Part shown: positions 58,042 to 64,000 of the stretch, one piece after another
How the letters are laid out: every line of letters starts with the position of its first letter
Position numbering within the stretch: position 1 is the first letter of the stretch
NCBI GenBank assembly: GCA_964532775.1
Contig: CAZHNA010000001.1
Coordinates: 585-64,584, forward strand
Length of the DNA: 64,000 nt
Direction: 5' to 3'
DNA from: an uncultured Methanosarcinales archaeon
GTDB lineage: Archaea > Halobacteriota > Methanosarcinia > Methanosarcinales > Methanosarcinaceae
Position numbers and translations under genes: made by a program
Notes under the pieces: generated by a model
The model's input: the letters and a program-made list of their open reading frames with translations, nothing else
Databases searched by the model: none
Told to the model about the DNA's origin: nothing

Positions 58042-58503
58042 TTAGCGGTTAAACCCGTCTTGTATGGGTTGAATTTCTATAATTTCACGTTTGACATGTT
58101 CGGGGATGTCCACTACGAAGACTTCAATGCCATATTTTCTTAAGCATTCACCATGCCATCCATTTCCTACAAATTTTTTTGCAGCTTTATCGTCGATGAA
58201 AGCCAATATCTTTCGAAACGTTTTTCCTTCATAGTCTTCAATGAATATTAATTTCAGCGCATCATTCATAACTTTGTGAACCTGAGCACTTTTCATATCC
58301 CCGATCCTTGCATAAAACTGGCAGATAATATTTGGATTGCGGGAATAACCTTCGACTTCTAGATATGAGTCGTTAATAGGAAATCGTTTTTTATCAAGAT
58401 ATCCCGATTTAAGTCCAATTCTGGATTCCAGTTCTTTTCTTATATGTTCATGAGCATCTCTTTGTACCTTCGAGTCACCGGGCTTTATGTTAGGGTTTGG
58501 CAT
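58042..58503 (-). CDS. Hypothetical protein, possible degenerate PD-(D/E)xK-like fold
   Basis: 153-aa ORF with SD AGGTGA; LEVEGY...ICQFY...KVMNDALKL. Confidence 0.65.
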   Translation of the reverse strand: MPNPNIKPGDSKVQRDAHEHIRKELESRIGLKSGYLDKKRFPINDSYLEVEGYSRNPNIICQFYARIGDMKSAQVHKVMNDALKLIFIEDYEGKTFRKILAFIDDKAAKKFVGNGWHGECLRKYGIEVFVVDIPEHVKREIIEIQPIQDGFNR

Positions 58504-58627
58504 TTATGTCACCTGGAAATTTTTTGATTTGTAGATACTGTTTTTCTTTTATAAAGTAATATTGTAGTGCACATTTTGTCGTAGTTATCAGCGATTGGTT
58601 TATTTATGAAAGGTGCCTTAAAATGGC

Positions 58628-59914
58628 ATGATTGCCATGTCCGATAATCCAATGACTATTGCAGAAAAAATCTTTTCAAAAGCTTCCGGCGCAGATGTTA
58701 AGCCAGGCGACTTTGTCCTCGCAAACATCGATCTCGCCATGACTCACGATATCACTGGCCCGTTGGCTGTGGATGGCTTTTATGAAATTATGAGGGATAA
58801 GGAAGAGAAGAAAGTATGGGACCCTTCTAAAATTGTGATAATCTTCGATCATCAGGTTCCTGCAGATTCCCTCAATGCATCAGCAAACCACATCAAGCTC
58901 AGGAAGTTTGCTTCCGAGCAGGGTATTAAAAATTACGATATTTACGAAGGTGTCTGCCATCAGGTAGTACCTGAAATGGGCCATGTTAAGCCTGGAGATC
59001 TTGTAGTAGGCTCTGACTCACACACCTGTGCCTATGGCTCACTTGGTGCACTCTCAACTGGTGTTGGTTCAACTGATATGGCTGCAGTGCTGGCATCCGG
59101 TAAACTCTGGTTCAAGGTTCCTCAAACCATTCGTTTTGAAGTGAGTGGAAAATTGCAGGATCGCGTATATTCCAAAGATCTGATTCTTCATTTGATTGGA
59201 GATGTAGGTGCAGAAGGTGCCAGATATATGGCAGCAGAATATGCAGGATCAACAGTTCAATCCCTTGGTATATCTGAAAGGATGACCATGTCCAATATGG
59301 CAATTGAGATGGGTGGAAAGGCAGGTATCATTGAGCAGGATGAAGTTACAGAAAAGTATCTTCAGGAAAGAATTCCTGACTTTAAACTTGATCCATACTG
59401 GAAATCAGATGAAGATGCTTCTTACTATGATGTACGTCAGTATGATGTCACAGATCTTGAACCACAGGTTGCATGTCCACACAATGTTGACAATGTGAAA
59501 CCGATTTCAGAAGTAGAAGGTACAAAGGTTGATCAGGTGTTTGTAGGTTCATGTACCAACGGCCGTTTTGAGGACATTGAAATTCTTGCACAACTTATGG
59601 GCGACGAGCCGGTAGCTCAGGGTGTTAGACTGCTTGTAATCCCTGCTTCAAGGACTGAATACATGAAAGCCCTAAGAGCAGGATATGTGGAACAACTCAT
59701 GGAAGCAGGTGCACTTGTGGAATCTGCATGCTGTGGTCCATGTATGGGCGGTTCATTTGGATTGCTGGGGAATGGTGAAGTAGGTTTTGCAACCTCCAAC
59801 CGTAACTTCCGTGGAAGGGAAGGAAGCCCTGAATCATTTGTGTATCTTGGTTCGCCTGCAACAGCAGCTGCTGCTGCCCTTTATGGTGAAATCACAGATC
59901 CAAGAAAAATATAA
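58628..59914 (+). CDS. Isopropylmalate dehydratase/homoaconitase large subunit (LeuC/HacA family)
   Basis: [37 protein letters not shown]. Confidence 0.93.
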   Translation: MIAMSDNPMTIAEKIFSKASGADVKPGDFVLANIDLAMTHDITGPLAVDGFYEIMRDKEEKKVWDPSKIVIIFDHQVPADSLNASANHIKLRKFASEQGIKNYDIYEGVCHQVVPEMGHVKPGDLVVGSDSHTCAYGSLGALSTGVGSTDMAAVLASGKLWFKVPQTIRFEVSGKLQDRVYSKDLILHLIGDVGAEGARYMAAEYAGSTVQSLGISERMTMSNMAIEMGGKAGIIEQDEVTEKYLQERIPDFKLDPYWKSDEDASYYDVRQYDVTDLEPQVACPHNVDNVKPISEVEGTKVDQVFVGSCTNGRFEDIEILAQLMGDEPVAQGVRLLVIPASRTEYMKALRAGYVEQLMEAGALVESACCGPCMGGSFGLLGNGEVGFATSNRNFRGREGSPESFVYLGSPATAAAAALYGEITDPRKI

Positions 59915-60020
59915 GAGTGGCCACAAAACATATATTTGTCTGTGTACATTTCATGATTTGACGTTGGCTAGAAAGCTAAAGGTCCCCCCTCATATTGGTT
60001 TTCTGTCAACGTCAATACAA

Positions 60021-60425
60021 TCACTTTTTAAACAGGTGCCTGATTATATCCCGGGCACTAAGAATTCCAATTGGCCTATAAGATGCTCCGACTGTGTCTT
60101 CGGACATCACAATAAGTCGATGGGTATGTTTTTCAGCCATTATTGTTGCTGCTTCTTTAACAGTCATACTGGGTCTGAGAGTCTCAACTGTTGGGGACAT
60201 TATATCTTCAATTGAGTCGATTTCCCAGTTTTTCTTCTGTATGTGTTCTAGAATATCCATGTCGGAGACAACTCCAAAAGTTTCTCCTGAAACATCGACA
60301 GCTACAACTGCAGAAACATTGTTTTTTGCCATGGTTTCTGCCATTTCGGCGGCATTTATTTCGAATGGAACTGTTACTACTCCCCGGGTCATAATTTCTT
60401 TAATTTGTGTTTCTTCTCCGATCAT
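60021..60425 (-). CDS. CBS-domain protein
   Basis: Tandem CBS repeats (IKEIMT, IEDIMS, GILSARD). Confidence 0.88.
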   Translation of the reverse strand: MIGEETQIKEIMTRGVVTVPFEINAAEMAETMAKNNVSAVVAVDVSGETFGVVSDMDILEHIQKKNWEIDSIEDIMSPTVETLRPSMTVKEAATIMAEKHTHRLIVMSEDTVGASYRPIGILSARDIIRHLFKK

Positions 60426-60574
60426 AATTTACCACTCCTTAAGACAGTTCACACGAATGCAGTATTATTCTTCAAAAAAGAGTTGTTGCCAATTATATAT
60501 ATATACCATGTAAAAGGGAAAATAATAAGATTCATTATGTCATTAGCCCTCTTTAGCCTAAAGGGAGAATTCTT

Positions 60575-60871
60575 ATGGAAAACAAGTTATCTGTGCTGGA
60601 AGACGTTTATGCTGTAATCGAAGATCGAAAAATAAATCCTGTTGATGGTTCCTATGTTTGCTCATTATTCCAGCACAGGAAAGGTGTGGATAAAATTCTG
60701 GAAAAGGTTGGCGAAGAGGCCTTTGAAACCGTAATTGCTGCAAAAAATGGAGATAAGAAATTGATCATTTCCGAATCAAGTGACCTGCTCTTCCATTTAT
60801 TCGTAATGCTCTCAGCAAAAGGGATTACTCTTGAGGAAATTGCTGAGGAATTTAAGGGAAGGCGTCATTAA
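60575..60871 (+). CDS. hisE: Phosphoribosyl-ATP pyrophosphatase
   Basis: SYV, KVGEEAFE..IA, ESSDLLFH. Confidence 0.93.
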   Translation: MENKLSVLEDVYAVIEDRKINPVDGSYVCSLFQHRKGVDKILEKVGEEAFETVIAAKNGDKKLIISESSDLLFHLFVMLSAKGITLEEIAEEFKGRRH

Positions 60872-61747
60872 TTAGTATACTACTAATTCATGAAGCACAT
60901 CTGTTCTTGAAAGCAGGCCCTTTGGAATTCCGTCGATTGTTACTATCAATCTGCCGATATCATGTTCATTGAACATTTTTACGGCATCAACCAGTGAAGC
61001 TTCCCCATCAATCATGATCAGATCGGCAGACATTATGTCTTTCACTCGAAGATCGACTTTTCCGCTCGCAAGTGTTTCTCCTATGTCTGTGAAAGTTATA
61101 ATGCCGACTATTTTTCCGCCATCTTCCACGGTTGCCCCGTGGATATTATTGTGTACGAGAACCTTTGCAGCTTCCTGAATTGATGAATTAACATTTAAGG
61201 AAACGGGTTTGTTAATCAGATATTGTTTAACCGATTTTTTTGGCAGGGATACCATCTCGGTTATGGTGAATAATAATAAATTTTCAGAGTCATCTCGTCC
61301 CACGATATCTCCTCTTACAATTAAGCGGTTTACCGGAGTGGGGCCGACTTGTACCTGATCTCCTCCCTGGAAATCACGTATGTTGCCAATTACTCTTATT
61401 TTTCCGCTGCACATATCTGGATGCCTTACAGTAGTAAAACTGATTTCTGAAGCAGTTGCGCCTTTGACAATATCTCCGTTTAGATACAATGGGACTACAG
61501 CTTCATGTTCCATTGCAGTAACGCTAAGGGCTTCGTAAGCGGCACCAGTGGCTCGATAACCGCCTTTTGGTCCGGGTACTCCTTCTACCAATCCAAGCAT
61601 TTTTAGTGATTGCATCTGGTTCCTTACGGTTCCAGGGTTTCTGTCAATAAGCACCGCTATCTCTTCACCTTTGACTGCGCCGTCTTTCTGTCTCTGTAAA
61701 TTAATAACAGCAATGAGAATTTCTTTTTGGATGGGCGTGAGTTCCAT
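60872..61747 (-). CDS. HTH plus CBS-domain putative transcriptional regulator
   Basis: VKGEEIA...RNPGTVRNQMQSL...GPKGGY, then a CBS pair. Confidence 0.88.
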   Translation of the reverse strand: MELTPIQKEILIAVINLQRQKDGAVKGEEIAVLIDRNPGTVRNQMQSLKMLGLVEGVPGPKGGYRATGAAYEALSVTAMEHEAVVPLYLNGDIVKGATASEISFTTVRHPDMCSGKIRVIGNIRDFQGGDQVQVGPTPVNRLIVRGDIVGRDDSENLLLFTITEMVSLPKKSVKQYLINKPVSLNVNSSIQEAAKVLVHNNIHGATVEDGGKIVGIITFTDIGETLASGKVDLRVKDIMSADLIMIDGEASLVDAVKMFNEHDIGRLIVTIDGIPKGLLSRTDVLHELVVY

Positions 61748-61860
61748 TAGATCACCGTATTCTTATCTGGAAATGTTCGGTAGTACTGGTATAAGTACTT
61801 AGCTCTGGCAATAAGAATATATACCTTATCATGTCTTGCATGTTTGGAAGTAACAATATC

Positions 61861-62850
61861 ATGATCTTTGAGAAAATAAATACTGTACCTACATCTGATG
61901 AATTGATAGACAAGTCTTTTAGAAGAGCGACCCGTGCAATGACAGGGAAACAAATTAGTGGTCGGGAGTCACTTCTAAAAGCAAACGAGTCCATGATGCT
62001 GACAGCAGCAAACATTCTTTCTGATAATCTAAGCAATGTCGTAAGACGTTTCCCCAGCTTTGAACACCTTCCACCTTTCTATTATGATCTGGTGGATATT
62101 ATAGCTGACGTTGACGAACTCAGGCAATCCCTTTCCAGAATTGGATGGGCATCTTCCAAAATCCATGAAATCTCACGGCAGTATGTGGAGCAGATACGTA
62201 AAAGTGCTTCTCCCCATCAAGTTCGTAAACAGGCTTTTGGCAGGATGGGTTCCATTATGGATTCCATTGATGATGATCTTCTTTATCTCAATGAAATTCG
62301 CAACAAACTGCGCAAACTTCCAGATGTGAAGGATGAACCAACTATAGTTGTTGCAGGCTATCCAAATGTCGGGAAGTCAAGTTTTGTATCCTCAATTACC
62401 GGGGCACACCCTGAAATTGCATCTTATCCATTCACGACCAAAGGTGTTTCGATAGGGCATTTCATGCATGAGGGAGAAAGATATCAGGTAATTGATACTC
62501 CGGGTTTACTTGATAGGCCGATGGCTAATCGTAATGATGCTGAGATGCAGGCGATAACAGCTCTGAAACATTTAGATGCAGTTGTATTCTTTATACTCGA
62601 TCCAAGTGAATACTGTGGCTATGAAATGCATGACCAGATGAAGCTACTAAAAGACGTAAAAGAAAATTTCTCTATCCCAATGTTGGTAGGCGCCAATAAA
62701 ATAGATTTGAACAACGTTGATTCAGAAGCGGTTATTCAGATGTCAACCATGACCGGTGAGGGCGTTGAGAAAGCTCTTGGCATGCTTATCAAAATGTTAA
62801 ATGAAGAAGCAGTTACAGAACCCTCTGCAAAATCTCCAGTGCTTTTTTGA
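61861..62850 (+). CDS. NOG1-family GTPase
   Basis: GYPNVGKS, YPFTTK, DTPGLLDRP, NKID. Confidence 0.93.
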   Translation: MIFEKINTVPTSDELIDKSFRRATRAMTGKQISGRESLLKANESMMLTAANILSDNLSNVVRRFPSFEHLPPFYYDLVDIIADVDELRQSLSRIGWASSKIHEISRQYVEQIRKSASPHQVRKQAFGRMGSIMDSIDDDLLYLNEIRNKLRKLPDVKDEPTIVVAGYPNVGKSSFVSSITGAHPEIASYPFTTKGVSIGHFMHEGERYQVIDTPGLLDRPMANRNDAEMQAITALKHLDAVVFFILDPSEYCGYEMHDQMKLLKDVKENFSIPMLVGANKIDLNNVDSEAVIQMSTMTGEGVEKALGMLIKMLNEEAVTEPSAKSPVLF

Positions 62851-63916
62851 TATTATCTCTTGAAGTTGCATAGGATATTCTGATATGGCCTTCACCGTTG
62901 TTTCCGAAGGCTTCTCCGGGAACAACAATAACACCTTCTGAAATGAGTTTTTCCGCCGTACCTGCTTCAGCTTCAGGGAATGCATAAAATGCACCTTCTG
63001 GCTTTACACATTTCATTCCGAGCTTATCAAGGCCTTCTAGTAGCATATCCCTTCTTGCCCTGAACTCTTCTTTCATTTCCATCACTGGATCGATTGGGCC
63101 GTCAATGGCTGCAAAAGCTGCCTTTTGTGAAATTGAAGTTGCACATGCTTGTACATATTGGTGAATTTTAAGCATCTGGTAAGTGTTCTCAGGTGATGCT
63201 GCTACATACCCAAGTCTCCAGCCTGTCATTGAATATGTCTTGGATGCTGCATTAACTGTGATGACATTGTCAGAATACATGGCTGGGCTAACGTGCTCGC
63301 CCTCATAGATGAAGTGCTCATACACTTCGTCAGAAATGAGAATAACATCGTTATCATCCGCAATCTCTGCAAATGCTTTCATGTCACTTTTTGACTGGAC
63401 TGCGCCGGTTGGGTTCGACGGTGAGTTAATAATAATTGCCTTGGTTTTCGGGGAAATCATCTCTAGAACAGTTTCCGGTTTCATGCATAATTTTTCATCA
63501 AGGGGAACACCAGTCATATGACCGCCCATGATTTCTGTCAAAGCCTTGTATGATACAAATCCAGGATCCGCTATGAGTACTTCGTCGCCGGAATTAACAA
63601 AAGCACCAAGGGCAATTTCAAGAGCTTCTGATGCTCCGGATGTGACAATAATATTTTCTGGAGATACTTCAATTGAGTTTTCGTTCTTGAATTTTCGACT
63701 TAATGCTTCTCTTAATTCAAGGATTCCAGGTCCGGCAGTATAACCGGTAAAACCTTCCTCAATTGCTTTGATTGCAGCTTTCTTTATGTGCTCAGGGGTG
63801 TCAAAATCCGGTTGTCCAAGTCCGAGGTTAATGGCGTTGGGGCCTGCGCCCTCAAACATTTTCCGAATTCCGGATATGTCGATTCCCTGAACTCTTTCTG
63901 CAAACCTGCTCTCCAT
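62813..63916 (-). CDS. Class I/II PLP-dependent aminotransferase (AspAT-like)
   Basis: LGLGQPDF, NSPSNPTG, SDEVY, SKTYSMTGWRLG. Confidence 0.93.
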   Translation of the reverse strand: MESRFAERVQGIDISGIRKMFEGAGPNAINLGLGQPDFDTPEHIKKAAIKAIEEGFTGYTAGPGILELREALSRKFKNENSIEVSPENIIVTSGASEALEIALGAFVNSGDEVLIADPGFVSYKALTEIMGGHMTGVPLDEKLCMKPETVLEMISPKTKAIIINSPSNPTGAVQSKSDMKAFAEIADDNDVILISDEVYEHFIYEGEHVSPAMYSDNVITVNAASKTYSMTGWRLGYVAASPENTYQMLKIHQYVQACATSISQKAAFAAIDGPIDPVMEMKEEFRARRDMLLEGLDKLGMKCVKPEGAFYAFPEAEAGTAEKLISEGVIVVPGEAFGNNGEGHIRISYATSRDNIKKALEILQRVL

Positions 63917-63926
63917 AGTTATCACC

Positions 63927-64000
63927 TTATTCGAGTTTGGTATGGCGGGATTTCAGATCTGCCTCAGATGCCCCGGTGATATAGATAAGCTCTGCAATCA
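63927..64000 (-). CDS. 3' end of a gene that starts beyond the window
   Basis: Open frame ...IAELIYITGASEADLKSRHTKLE-TAA ending at the aminotransferase SD. Confidence 0.45.
   Translation of the reverse strand, partial: IAELIYITGASEADLKSRHTKLE

Noticed and set aside
62813-62850. 38-nt convergent overlap of the NOG1 and aminotransferase genes
   Set aside because: Short tail-to-tail overlaps are common in compact archaeal genomes; also seen at 42771-42774 and 50781-50786.

Overview
Gene-dense archaeal chromosome segment from a Methanosarcinaceae methanogen (acidic proteins, class I LysRS, PGF-CTERM protein, TiaS, NAC, Nob1, ABCE1; possibly Methanohalophilus- or Methanococcoides-like, inferred). 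About 67 complete CDSs, mostly housekeeping: his genes, nadE, prs, moaC, nnr, leuC/hacA-type, a Ni/Co ECF transporter, DtxR-FeoA/feoB, a polyamine cluster and a bacterial-type tetrahydrofolate operon. No CRISPR array, rRNA, intact tRNA or transposase was seen. Main signals: (1) a CDIN1/C15orf41-like PD-(D/E)xK nuclease gene (51575..50781, minus strand) is only complete if two in-frame TAG codons are read as sense, and none of the 67 called genes ends in TAG, consistent with amber = pyrrolysine recoding; (2) an unannotated, highly structured ~240-nt minus-strand ncRNA candidate (about 31512..31750) with its own TATA box, an anticodon-less tRNA-like module and two stems with a shared loop motif; (3) the folate operon contains a FolP with a C-terminal putative reductase domain, a divergent ThiC/Bza-like radical-SAM paralog and a CofE-like ligase. 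All family calls come from motif recognition, not database searches.
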